The notes below the pieces were generated by a model, which saw nothing but the letters and a program-made list of their open reading frames with translations, did not search any database and had not been told where the DNA came from. Shown here piece by piece: positions 37,905 through 50,302 of a stretch of 64,000 nucleotides of DNA (positions are counted from its first letter, which is position 1; each line of letters begins with the position of its first letter). Position numbers and translations under genes: made by a program. This stretch comes from Harriotta raleighana (lineage: Eukaryota): the NCBI GenBank assembly GCA_050575255.1, contig JBNZDD010013683.1, positions 1,021,282 through 1,085,281 of the forward strand. The letters run 5' to 3'.

Positions 37905-38847
37905 GAAGGCAAATGCATAGATTTCCACACCAGTGTATGAAAGTTGAACATTTACAGTATAAAAGTTGCAGCTCCTCCAAGTGGTAAAAGGTACACTTAC
38001 AGTCACACTGAACTATTGTATTCTCTGCAGCTTCAAAACAGAGGGAAAACAGTAGCCAGAGCTGGAGGCAGATTCAATTTTATGTGGGTGTGTTTGATAC
38101 TGCATCTCATTTCTCTGCATTTCTCTACTAACATGTTTAAGTTATTTTTTCAATCACCGACCGAGTCCATCTCCACTGTATGTGGTTAGTTAGCAAACAG
38201 AGGGTACTAGCACAACAAAACTTGAGGGAGAAGCTGCAACACCTTTGTAAAGTGACCACTTTTGACTTTTTAATGCTGAAAATTTGACCTGTCTCTACCT
38301 CAGCGTAACCTATTTTTCAAAAGCAAAACGTGTGGTTCATGCAAAGCAGCGGCAATTACATTCTGCACATGCACACACATCCAATTTACTGCAATATGTC
38401 CCCCATCTTCGTGGCAGCTGGCGAACATTTGTTTAGTGTTTGTATCTCGAGCCAAATTTTTTTTTTTTTAAAAAGCGAGGTTGATCTTAGTATCCGACCT
38501 TCAACATTCCCAGGGTAGAAAGCATCTGTATTCCCCAGCAATGCAGTGATGGGTATGTGCCTGGTGGCCGTGTGTGAGTGTCCATCAGCATACCTGATGC
38601 TTCAGGGCTCAGTCGATGCCAATATTCCCTGGTGGTTCACTAGAAAGAACACATCTATTCTCCTTCCTTGGTTGTCCATCTTTGAGTGTCTCGGAGAGGG
38701 GTTGGAATACTGCAGCACTTTTTTCTGGTGATGAAATGGATCTATGAAGCCTGGCTTTGTAGGCAGCCTCACATAGACATTCTCATTGTCAGTTTCTACT
38801 TCATTATGAGACTGAGGAATCAAATGAATGAGCCTTTGCTTCAACGA

Positions 38848-38871
38848 CACACACACACACACACACACACA
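38848..38871. repeat. (AC)n microsatellite
   Basis: seen directly. Confidence 0.95.
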
Positions 38872-39483
38872 TTTAAAGAAAGCCAGGCTTTTACTTGGGT
38901 TTAAGCACACGTCTCAATGCCACACATAAAACCATTGTGTTCGAAAATACAAAGGTCAAGATGCTGTACTACGAGATACACAAACAGTGCAACCCCAAGT
39001 GTAAGGAATGTCATATCCTATCAGTTTTATTGGAAGCAAGAAAATATCACAATTATGATCTGTGGATACTTGTGAGAACTCTGGAGATGTGTATAGGAGA
39101 GAGAGAGAGAGAGAAAGAGATTAAAAGAGAGTGATTATCAATAAGTGGGTGCATCATGTGAAGCAACATTAGGAGATTTTTCTTAACCTGATCATTGCCA
39201 TGTTCCAACGTGGCTGCAGAAAAATCTCCCTAATACTAACTAAATAGATTAATATTTGTATCCATTGAGGCACAAAACATGTTTAAATTAGTTTCCCTGA
39301 CAAAGAGCAGGAAGCCACCAAATATTTTGGATTGCAATTTCACTGCATCAATTAATGCACCTGTTATCAGGTGTCACACAAAAATATTAGATGACGTACT
39401 GATTACTGTATTTGTTTTAAAGCGCAGGGAATCCATCTGAATACTGTGTGTAATCAGTGCCTGGCTTATAGACCAGAACAAAG

Positions 39484-39872
39484 ATAATAATAATTATAAT
39501 AATCCTCGCATTTGATATACACTACTGTAGTGCTTTCCATGCCTTCTAGACATCTCAAAGGACTTCACAGAACATACTGTAAAATGAAGCAACTATATTT
39601 TTTGGGGGGGGAATGCAGCAGCCAATTATGCACAGCAACGTCCCACAAACAGTCGTAGATTGAGGGACCAAATTATGATTATACTTTCTTAAGGGATTAT
39701 TATCCCCGGAAAAGCGATCTGCCAATCGACTAACAACTGGGTTCCTACTTACTGCTAGGTAAACAGAGGCATGTGGAGTAAGGAAATTGTACTACATTTC
39801 TCCCTGCTGGAAATCAAACCTAAGTCTCACACTTGCGAGCCGAGTGCTCTAATCACTGAGCTACAGGACTCC
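39484..39872 (-). mobile_element. young tRNA-derived SINE, full length (long subtype)
   Basis: complete from tail to head (cactgagctacaggactcc); includes the ~63-bp internal module at 39704-39766. Confidence 0.92.
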
Positions 39873-40776
39873 CACAATTATTATTTTTCATAAAAAGGTC
39901 TGTTTTCAGATTTTTACATTTTCCTTTACCATTTGATTTCCTCAAATCCTTTCAGAGCATTGTGCTGGTTTTTAAACCCTCTACTACTAGAAAGCTTCAC
40001 TCTGTGCACCACAAGAACCCCACATCTCATGAAAAGTCAGCACATTGTTCGTGCATTGAAAGTCGCTTACTTGTGTGCTTGTACCTACCCTAGCTATTTT
40101 CTCCAGGTTCAGGTTTATTAGAGGAGGGCAGAGATCCACAGTGCAGGATAGCAGGTTTGAAGAACATCAACAATAACAACTTGCATTTATATAGTGCCAC
40201 ACATGCAGAGTAGAGTCTCAGAGTGCTTGACAGTGGCAGAGCACAACACAAGAAGCCGCAACCAGTTGAGAGAAGGAGAGAAGGCAAGACGCAAGACACA
40301 CACCTTGAACATCGACATCTCTCAGAAATAAAGTGCCTTTACCTATTAATCATTTCCACTGGGCTTCATCAAAATCAAGAGAAATTGCGTTCACTAATGC
40401 AGAACTATTTATTGCCTTTTGTTGGTTACCTGCGATTAGAATAGAAATTAAAATATATTTCTCTTCCCAGGCAGAAAACAATACTCAGTGAATGTCAAAT
40501 ACCATTTTACTTTGTAGTAAACTTAACATGAAATTATTTTAGTTCCAATTGACTGCAACAGAAAATTGGTCTCGTATCAGTAAACTGCATTCGTGTGTAA
40601 CGTTTCTACAATGGCACTCTTCAACCAACTGCACCATTTTTTTTATTTAAAAAAAATCCTACTCTAATTATTTGAAGCAGTCAAGATTAGCCAAGGTTTT
40701 AGATCCTGAGGACAATGAGAGCATTTTGACTGTGGAAAATTGTTTACAGAAAGGGTTTGCACAAGGCATTTGATAA

Positions 40777-41080
40777 ACAACAACAACAAAATTGCATTTA
40801 TAGAGCGCGTTTCACATCAGGAGGACGTCCCAAGGTGCTGGACAGTTGGTTTAAGACCCGAGCAGGGGGAAATGTTCAGGGCGGGGGTGGGGGAGGGTGG
40901 GAGCAAGAAGGGGGTAGAGACTCGAGAGGGGAGCTGAAGGCACGGTCGAAGAGAAAGGTCTTGAGACCGGCCTTGAAAGAGGAAAGGGAGGAAGCGAGGT
41001 GAAGGCACTGGGGGATGGAGTTCCAGAGCCTGGGGGCTGAGCGGCTGAAAGCCCGGCCGCCGATGGTAGGAGCAGAGTTC
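40777..41080 (-). mobile_element. young 5'-truncated L2 LINE (ORF2 C-terminus, 3' UTR, (TTG)n tail)
   Basis: TIGGRAFSRSAPRLWNSIPQCLHLASSLSSFKAGLKTFLFDRAF is the canonical L2 ORF2 C-terminal motif; CpG-rich. Confidence 0.92.
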
Positions 41081-41347
41081 CACACATAAAGTTCCACACA
41101 GAGACGGTGGCTGTTGATGTGCTGCACTGCCTGAATGTTGTCTCTATTATCAGCTGCAATCTTAACACAAGCCAACTGTACCCAAAGCCATTCAGAGTAC
41201 AATTGGTATCCAAGTCCATTACGTCCTAGTTTTTAACTTGAATAAATAAACCTATAGATGATTAAAGGCCATGTAGGGTTCAGGTGAAATCTTTACAACA
41301 AATGAAGCAAGTTTCTTCCGATTTCCCCCTTCCCCCCAACGCCCGCC

Positions 41348-41580
41348 ACAATTAAATTACTGCATAGCAATCACTCCTTTGGAACATTTTCTATTTAAAT
41401 TTACTGTTTAAAATCAATATGGGTGTTTGATAAGTGTGTGTGTCAGCATTACCTGTCAGTGCACTCCGCACCCTTAATGTGCAATTAAACTTACACAAGA
41501 GGATCAATGGCATCACATTAATATGAGTTTATTGATTGCCTTGAAATTGTGTGTCCAGCGTGTTTTATAATCTATTAAAC
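41348..41580. promoter_or_regulatory. candidate conserved non-coding element
   Basis: repeat-free with multiple ATTA/TAAT, TGTCAG, TTTATTG and TGATTG motifs; not verified by alignment. Confidence 0.35.
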
Positions 41581-41588
41581 AACACCAC

Positions 41589-41935
41589 CAGCCTCCCCAG
41601 TGGTTCACTGGTTCATGCATGGTATCGTCCTGAACCACGCAAACCAAGATCGTCTAATGATCAATCGCATGTGACGTTAACTGACCTGAGCCACAGGGAA
41701 AGGGAAAACAACAAGGATTCCTTCTGATCGCTATACAGTGGAAAATGGATTTTCATGAACAGGATCCTGATCAATCAGATGATTCAATCAGAAGAACACA
41801 ACCATCAGCATTCATTGTCTGAACTCAAGCATGATAATGGCCAATGGTAAGAGCTTTGGGAAAGCCACAAGTCCAAGCAGAACTGTATCCCAGAATGAAG
41901 GATTGCCTTCAGGAAGGGAGAACATTTGGATAAAA
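41589..41935 (+). mobile_element. ancient AmnSINE2-like SINE, degenerate
   Basis: ctccccagtggttcactgg, ctgatcgctatacagtg, catgataatggcca and gccttcaggaaggg are collinear with AmnSINE2 as recalled from memory. Confidence 0.5.
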
Positions 41936-42599
41936 AGTTAACCAAAGCACCCAGGGTGATTTTCTGAGCAGCTTATCATCCTGAGAAAGTGAGGGAAGAG
42001 GGAAGAGAAATCAAAGATAGGGAACGGTAGACAGAGAGACGGAGAGAGACAGAGAGAGAGAGAGACAGAAAATCCTTGCATTTGACATAGCGCTTTATCA
42101 GGCCTTCAAGACGTCCCAAAGCACTTCACAGAATATCCCATGAAGTGGACTTTCCATATATCTTGTGAGTGAACAATGTACGCAGTGGCCTTCGCTGAGG
42201 AGAATGCCTGACGTCTTTGTTGCGCTTGTTCGCAATGTCCCCATCTTTGGAGTTTGAGGGCCAACATCTTTCCTATCGGTAAAGACTGCCAACCCTTTTC
42301 TTTTCAGTAATCACGTCACGGTAGAAGCTCCGTCAGTGTGGAAATGGAAGCCGCAGCAGGTTAGCTGGCTTGGTTTTACTGTAAGGAAGTGTGCTGTCAG
42401 GATCTGACACCACTGTGGGGGAAATCGAGGTGATGGGTGACAATCTTAAAACACCGGAACACTCATTATCACAGTTTCTTTTCTCCAAAAAACCATCAAT
42501 CTGTCAGATGAACCTTTTGCATGCATCTGTGAGAAATTCCTGGCATATTGTGAACTGTGAGTGAGTTCAATTGCACCTTAGTCATCTGATTACAACACC

Positions 42600-42910
42600 T
42601 CAGGCACCTGCTTTAAAAGTGTGTAATGAAAAGTGAGTTTGAAGGTAACAGTAATAATTGAGCTTTTCTGCTGTAATTACCTGATTAAGTGCCTAACCAA
42701 AGGAGCAGGTGTGTTTAATGATCTTTACACTCAAAGATTATTAATACTTATTTTTCCAATCAAATTATCCAACTCTATTTACACTAAACAATGTCTCTTG
42801 TTAGGTGTCTGTATTGCCAGTGATTGAATTTTCATCTCGTTAAGCTTTCCACATTACATTTCAATTCTAATATTCAAGGCCTGGTGATCATGTAACTGCT
42901 TTAACATGCC
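42600..42910. promoter_or_regulatory. candidate conserved non-coding element
   Basis: repeat-free with TAATTA, TGATTA, CAGGTG/CACCTG and AACAAT motifs; not verified. Confidence 0.35.
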
Positions 42911-43049
42911 TTGCTCAACCTGGCACCACTGTTCTCGAGATCACAGGAGAAGTTCAGGTGAAGAAGGTCATTTCATCTCATCCTTTCCAGAATAACCCGC
43001 TTCTCATCCTCCCATTGCAGTAACAAGCTGTGAGTCCACCAGCCTCACA

Positions 43050-43225
43050 TCAATGATACTAAGTGATAGTTATTAGTTTCATGGCTGTTGATGCAGCATT
43101 GTTGTGCTGTCACATTTGCCTGCAAATACGCATTCATTTCATTTCACAGTAAATTCTGGGACGAGCTCTGAGACATCCTTCTGACATGATAAGGCTCTAT
43201 ATCAAACTCAAGGATTATTATTATT
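43050..43225 (+). mobile_element. Deu-type SINE, 3' half
   Basis: catggctgttg...gagacatccttctgacatgataagg...(ATT)n. Confidence 0.6.
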
Positions 43226-44344
43226 TAGTTTAGCAGAGTCTTAGTCATAGGAATGTTTGAACCTCATTCTAGATTGGTAAAGAAGTCTTGGTTTGCAGTT
43301 TAACCTCTTGGAAATTAGTACCAATAGCTCAAATCTATCTTCGGTATTTTTTGGGATTGATAAAGCACTATTTTAATTTGCCGTGGCTGTTGCATCTGCA
43401 CATCGAAAATGTCTACAGCATAAGCATTAAGTTGCTATGAGTGTCAACATTAGCAGTAGAACTATCTCAGGGGATAAATTATTATAAATAAACCTCAGCT
43501 GCTTTTTGCACCAGGTTTTGCTATAGTCAAAGACTTGTCAGCTTTTGAAGCTCTCAGAATCATCACTGCCAACATTATTTTACACCTTATTTATTTTACT
43601 TCAGCAATCAAAACAGCAAGCCATGAGGAAAGAATATGTTTCAACAGCTTACACAATTTGTGCCTGTTAATAGTAGCAGAGACAAAACCTTCAAACTAGT
43701 CATCCCACATGTGTGTGAGTTGAGAGTGCTACTCACATTCATAAATGCACTTGGTGTTTTCTCGCAACTCCCTACTGTTCTCTGCCTTCAAAATCCTTTC
43801 GGATCTTTCCTTTCCAGTTCTTAATGATCTGCCGCCCAGAAAAGATTTCAGATTTTTCCCTTCAAAGAGAGTCGGGGAACTTTATTATATGACAAAAATT
43901 TCTCCCGACATGAAAGACGCTCTGTACATGTAATTTTGTTGTTGTTATGCAACAAAAACACCTGCTTTGTGAAATTGGGCTGTTCCCACTCAATGGTGCT
44001 AAATGTAGGCGCTCCACTGTAATGTAATGCCCTTCACAGATACCCTTGTGAATGTGCAATCAAAGCATGAAAAACACAAGCATTATTCTTCAATTCAGTG
44101 GGTGGATTTCACACATATTGCTAATCATCTCTCTATTGATTGATTGAACGGATTTCGTAATACATTGCTGAAACTGTTGCATTTAATTGAAACTTGAACA
44201 TTCAATTTCACTCGAGGGTTGGACCTGGAAACAATCCAAATATTTTAGTTCCACGGATTAAACTCCCATGAGACAAGAGACATCATAGATAGATTGGGCA
44301 CCAACAATGTGCAATCCACTTTGCCAACAGTGTTGGTGACAGTG

Positions 44345-44570
44345 TGTGCCTTGGGAAGACCTCCCGACGTGAAAGGTGCTCTACAAATGTAATTTTGTTT
44401 GTAACTGTTGTTGTTTTCCAGTCAGGATGCTTGTGTTGGTGAAGGTACACAAGTGTATAGTGTGACAATAATAATAATCTTTTCGTTTGATATAGCGCCT
44501 TATTAGGTCTTTGAGATGTTACAATGCACCTTTTACAGAATATACTGCAAAGTGAATTGACTGTAAATGT
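44345..44570. mobile_element. L2 tail (+, 44345-44415) facing a SINE tail (-, 44468-44570)
   Basis: both tails seen directly. Confidence 0.75.
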
Positions 44571-46769
44571 TAACACAAGGAGAGTGTGACTACACAGAAT
44601 CATGAAGTGCAACACCATCAAATTTGGAACTTTTCACTTGGTATTTTTTGAGTGGGGGAGAAGTACATGGAAATCGAAATAGTCTAAATTAGTATGCAAA
44701 GGCAATATAAACCCGTGTTCTTAAAAAAATCTCTGATGTTTTGTCGATCTCAGATCCAACATTTACTAGTTTATCCCGACAAATGAGTTAGCAATTAGTG
44801 CTGAATCGCAAGGTAGTTTTAAACATGCAGAATCATACCTATTGGGAACTGGAGAAGCTATTTTCCAGACTCATTTCACTAATGCTCATCATCATTAGAG
44901 AGAGAGAGAGAGAGTGAGAGAAAGCCTTCAGCTGTTTGGATTCAATGGCAAGTCTCAGAGACAGAACAATAGTGGGCACTGACAGCTTCAGTGAGATCAA
45001 TATTTTCCATTAATTGTTGTTAGTTAAACATAAAACTATAGAAAATCTGTTTTTTTGGCAAGAAAATGAGATGCACCATTTATTTATATGCTCTATGGTA
45101 TTGATTGTCTTTAACACATGGATAATGTGAAATGATTATGGAAATTATGGCACACTGAGTGAAATTATCAACACTGAGTTCAGTGCAGTAAATGACCATA
45201 TTGAGAGGAGGGGAAATAAGAAAACTGAAGAATCTTCCCCATCACAATCACTAAAGCAGCTTGAAGCTGTATTAACCAAACCAATGCCCAGAACTGAAGG
45301 GCTTAAAATAAAAACATTGCAAACACGGGAATTTCCACACGGAATTCTCAGCCTGGTTTCTGTACTTGAGCATAGTGATGGGTTTCTGCATGTTTCAGAC
45401 ACACGGCTGACCAAAAATAGCAGCCTTACAAAACCAAAGTTCCATTAATTTAAATAGTTTTAGAGGAAATGAATGATTTTCTGAAACTATTCGCGAACAG
45501 TCTGTAACTTTTGATTATCTGGCTGCCTTGGTTCTTTTTCATCACTGCTCAGTCATTGACTTTTGTCTTGTTAACACAAATCGAGATTGATAGAATGTAT
45601 TTTGCTTCCTGTAATACCATGTTAACCCAACCGGGGTAGAGTGCACTCATTCAGTGAATGGAATAAATTGTTAACTTCTCCCTTTTGATAAGAACTGTTC
45701 TTGATTTTTTGGGGGGATTGAAATATTTTCATTTTACATGGACCGAAAAGTCTGTGTAAAAATTGTAAATTCACATTGTACTGTGCTTTTGGGAACATGT
45801 GTTGGATGTATGGCATTGATGTGTAAGTGTTCTGTGCAATGCATCAGGTAATGAATTGCTGAAACTAATATAATTTGACTATTCAAGTAGGCAATATAAA
45901 TATTTTAATATTTTAAGACAATTGTAATAAAGAGACACTCCATGTCTTGGACCCAATTTGACTTCAAATTATGTTTTCCCATTACAATGACAAAGCAGTC
46001 TTGGGAACCCGAAGAATGTAAACTTCAAGGTGTTTAATGCTCATTTCGTTTTCATCTTATCTGTTTCCACTAGCAGACAGCTTTGATGTACTTGACGTTG
46101 ATAAGCGCATCGCATGTGCTCAACCCTCTCAAAACCAGTTATGAATTTTGCTACCAATATGAAGAATATCAGTGCAGAATTAACAGAGATGACAAGTATT
46201 GAAAATCCTTACACATGGAAAGGAGGAGAAAGCATTGCCTAAATGATGCAAACACTCTGGTAAGCACATACTGCCAAGATCGCCACTATTCCAACCAGCA
46301 GAAATATGCCAGTTAGAAATCCTAATCAAAGACAAACTGTTCCTGAATTGCCTAACATTATCAGATACGGCAGCCTCTTCGAAGCCTTTACTTAGCAATT
46401 TTATTAACCATGATAAGCCTTTGTTTGGGGAAACCAGCACAGCCCATGTTCCAACAGTGCAGCATGAAGTATGTCCATAACTTTGTTCAATTCAACCACA
46501 TACAATCAGCAACTTTTTTTTGCTGTAGGAAATAAAGCAACATAAAATGGGTTTGGCATACCTGGCTTCCGAAAAACGCAGAGCTCACAGCTTGGCAGGA
46601 CGGGGGCTAAAAGCAAACGCGAGTTCTGAAAAACAAAATGGAAAAGACTTACGATTTGCATGTGTAATGTTGTGCTTCTCATGCTGGTCATCACAAAAAA
46701 GGCGTCCATCTAAATAATTCAAATGTAATGCAAAGGTATTGCAAATGACCACGAAAAAAGATAATAATC

Positions 46770-47205
46770 CATATAAATAATTCATCTTTACAATTGATAT
46801 AGCGCTTTTCACAACAGGAGGATGTCTTAAAGCATTTCTACATTAAATACTTGGTCACTCATCGCTGTTGGTGGGACATTCCTGTGTGCATTCACTATTC
46901 AATACACAGTGAATCCACTTTACCGTAATAGTGTGAACTGCTTTCAGACATCTTGACGATGAGATAAGGCGCTATAGCAAAGCAAGGACTATTATTACTG
47001 TAAAGTGGCTGTGTTTTTTGCTCATTTTTGCTCATAATAATCCTTGCATTTGATATAGCGCTTTTCACGTCTTCTAGGCATCTCAAAGCGCTTCATAGAA
47101 TACACTGTAAAATGAATTAACTGTGTATTTGTGGGTGAAACACAGCAGCCACAACAGACACTTGTACAGCAGTGTCCCATAAACAGTCGTGGATTGAAAT
47201 GACCA
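46770..47205. mobile_element. cluster of three SINE 3' fragments (-, +, -)
   Basis: 46770-46840 minus, 46850-47000 plus, 47034-47205 minus. Confidence 0.8.
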
Positions 47206-47792
47206 CTTTTAGGAGAAAGCAGCCTTGTATTTTCTGATAGTTTTGATCCACCTTCTACTATTTGATTTCTAAATCCATGNGAGAAAGCAGCCTTCTTTTT
47301 CTGATAGTTTTGATCCACCTTCTACTATTTGATTTCTAAATCCATGGATTAATTCAACAAAGTCCAATTCAAAATTAAACATTCTATGGATAAACCTATT
47401 ACTAAGCATTAAAAGTTTTTCTTATACATTTGGAACATACTGCTGGATCAGGTGGTTATTTCTGGAACCATATGATAGTTACTTTTAACCCATACGGGAA
47501 TTAAAGAGATGAGACTGTCAAAAAACTTATTTTAACCAAGCTTTGCCTTTCAATACATCATTTGTGCTGCTTTCGCTATAAGGCTAATAATAGTATCGTT
47601 CACCACTGTAACAGTTTCTACAAAGAAGAACTTTCAAATTCTGATTTAGGTCTTTACAAGTTTTCGCTGTTCCCCTGATGTTTTGCTGGTTTGACCTCCA
47701 ACTGCTAACCGATGAAATAGTTGTATCTCATCCAGTGTCCGCATCTCCTATCAGCTGCATTTGATATGGTTGAAGTGGGATCTTTCTATCAG

Positions 47793-47818
47793 TATATATA
47801 TATATATATATATATATA
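47793..47818. repeat. (TA)n microsatellite
   Basis: seen directly. Confidence 0.95.
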
Positions 47819-48073
47819 AGCACTGACTAGGTAATGAGCAATTCATTATTTCACTGTAACCTTTTACTTGTGTTATGATGATAAAGTGTGCACTCACTGA
47901 TACCATGACTTTTTCCTTAGAAAAATGGTCAAAGACAATTCCATGCCAGAAAAGGCACACAGTCTGATTGTATTTTCCTTTTTAGTTTATTAGCTTACAT
48001 CCCGAATTATGTGGAAAAGTTTTAAAAAACTGCAACAAGCAATTCCCAAATGGTTCCATTGATAACAACTCAT

Positions 48074-48171
48074 CTGAGATCAGCTAACACAGTAAACTGG
48101 AATATCGTGGAACTGAGCCATACACAGTGGTTTCAGAACTGATTCCAGTTTACTGTTCTAGCTGATCTCAG
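48074..48171. repeat. 30-bp inverted repeat (28/30 match), 38-nt loop
   Basis: ctgagatcagctaacacagtaaactggaat versus attccagtttactgttctagctgatctcag. Confidence 0.9.
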
Positions 48172-48220
48172 GTCGGTTGGCCTCAGGTGTTATATTTGGC
48201 CTCAATCCCTTGGGCTATAG
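48105..48220 (+). mobile_element. AmnSINE2-like 5' fragment
   Basis: gtggaactgagccataca...tagctgatctcag...ttggcctcaatcccttgggcta, compared with the consensus as recalled. Confidence 0.5.
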
Positions 48221-48479
48221 TGTTGAGTAGCTGATTGGAACCAACTCTAATATGACAAAGGCATTGCATCTCAAATTATGGTCACAGATTTTAAAAGCAT
48301 CACATTGCCCATTACTTACATGGTCTAATAGGAAGACAGATGAGCAACACAACTCAGTCTGAAATGAGTGAAATAATTGTCACCATCTTTCTGCCTACAG
48401 CTCGGACACACAGTCCTACCCATTGAGTGGTTGTTGCATCAGTTGAATGTGCAGAGCTTGAGAATCAACTGCTTCCCTC

Positions 48480-48630
48480 TTTGCAAACCAATCAAGGTGG
48501 ATTCCAAGCCTTGGATATATCAATGTGTGTTCATGAACACAGAGGCCATGGAATTGCCTTCCAGCAGATGTTGCCCGAAGCCTCCGAGTTTACTCAAGAG
48601 CTATCTGCCAGATGGACATTTGCTTCAGAA
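48480..48630 (+). mobile_element. very old LINE (CR1-like) ORF2 fragment
   Basis: ccatggaattgccttccagcagatgtt encodes PWNCLPADV. Confidence 0.45.
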
Positions 48631-50302
48631 TGGTGGTTGGACCTTTACAGAATGGTTGTGACATACCAAGCACCTCGCTGTTCGAGTTCAACACCTTATT
48701 ACGTTGTAGAGCCGTGTCAAAGCGCTTCACAGGACAGATTATAAAGTGGTGTAACTATGTGTACTTTGTGAGCAAAAGGTTCTGAAAGCTCAGTGCTTAC
48801 AGTTAAAGAATTGGATCCAAATTGTTCTGTTTATGTTTGATAAATACTTATTTTTCAAAAGTTTTTTGTTAAATAAATAGAATTCTTAACATTAGATTTT
48901 TCATCTCATACTATAGGCTAGCTGGCTACCTAAACTGCCCATAGAGAGAAATAAGAGAGAAGCAAAATAATACAGGTATTTTCATACTCATGCGGGTATG
49001 GGAAAAGGCACAGAGAAGTGGCACGACAGAACATCTGAGTCAGACGCACAGAAAATGGCTTGAAATAAAACAAATAGTCAAATTTTGAAGCAGGATCAGT
49101 TCCACTCAACTTTTATTTTTAAGGGCATCGCATGATGGTCTTCAAGTACATTTATTTGCTTTGCACAGATATTTTGCACTTGACAGCTTGGCACTGTGAA
49201 TAGACCCACCACCCCACAAAGCAAAATCTAATCTATCATCATGTGGTGGATTTAAATTGAATATGGGTCTTCTCTTCAAAAATCAATATTACGGTCTCAT
49301 ACTTACTACAAAATCAAGTGCTATCACATTAACAATCAATGTTAGGGCAGGCATTGCACACACCTCTAATCTGCAACCACTATACAGGAACTGTACCAGG
49401 CTCCCATCATCTTTCATCAAACTGCCTATCCAACAGATTGGCCAAGCTGTATGTTTGGAAGGAGAGCAGGAACTCAGTTATCCGCTCCAATCCTTCAACT
49501 CTCCATGCTTTTTATCAAAGAACAACTAAAATACATGGGATGTGGATCCGAACTAATATTGAAACATATTGATGCCACAACCTCAAAATCATAAGAGAGC
49601 GTGGAATAAGAAGAGGGAATTCAGCCCCTGAAGTCCCTCAACCCACATATAATCTGTTCTATCATGGACTCTATCCAACTTGTTTAATCTCCTGAGGAAA
49701 AGTTCTGCAGATTTTCTCCTTGTGTGATGAAAATAAATCAAGTGAAACGCCAAATATTTAACTTTACAACTCATGCTATTTATCCTTATCTGGTCTCTTT
49801 CCTTGGCATGACATTTCCAATGGTCCCAGAAGCTCAGGAATCATGTTCTGCATTGATTTTGATCATCTCTATTCCACACTTGTACCTATAACCCTTCAGG
49901 CTTTTCCCGGCTAGATATTTATTCAGCTCCTTTCTTTTCACAGAAAAGGTATTAATGTGGCATTAACTGTTTTGTGCCTACTCCGCACATCCACAAAAAG
50001 TTGCGGAGAAAGAAATATATTTTGTTTGCTTGCTCGTAAGTGTAGAAACTTTCATGATGTGCATTTCACTGGGGAAAAATTCCATGACATGCACAATGTC
50101 AAAGCAGTAAGTGCAATTGTGTTGCTTGAGATTTATTCATTTTCAAATATCGCCCTCCAGCTCCGCACTTTTAAGGCCAGTTAAATAATCAGGTTACACC
50201 TACGTTGTGTGCTTCCCATTCAGCATTTTAATAACTTTAATGACATTTCCTACAATGCAAAGGCAGCTTTGACATCATCACCAGATTGATGAAATACGCT
50301 TT

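Noticed and set aside
43021-43029. Possible 9-nt plus-strand micro-exon (cattgcag|TAACAAGCT|gtgagt)
   Set aside because: Weak donor (T at -1) and no supporting plus-strand gene model.
47213-47346. ~66-bp tandem duplication
   Set aside because: Centred on a single n (47280) with homopolymer-type differences; contig-end overlap artefact.
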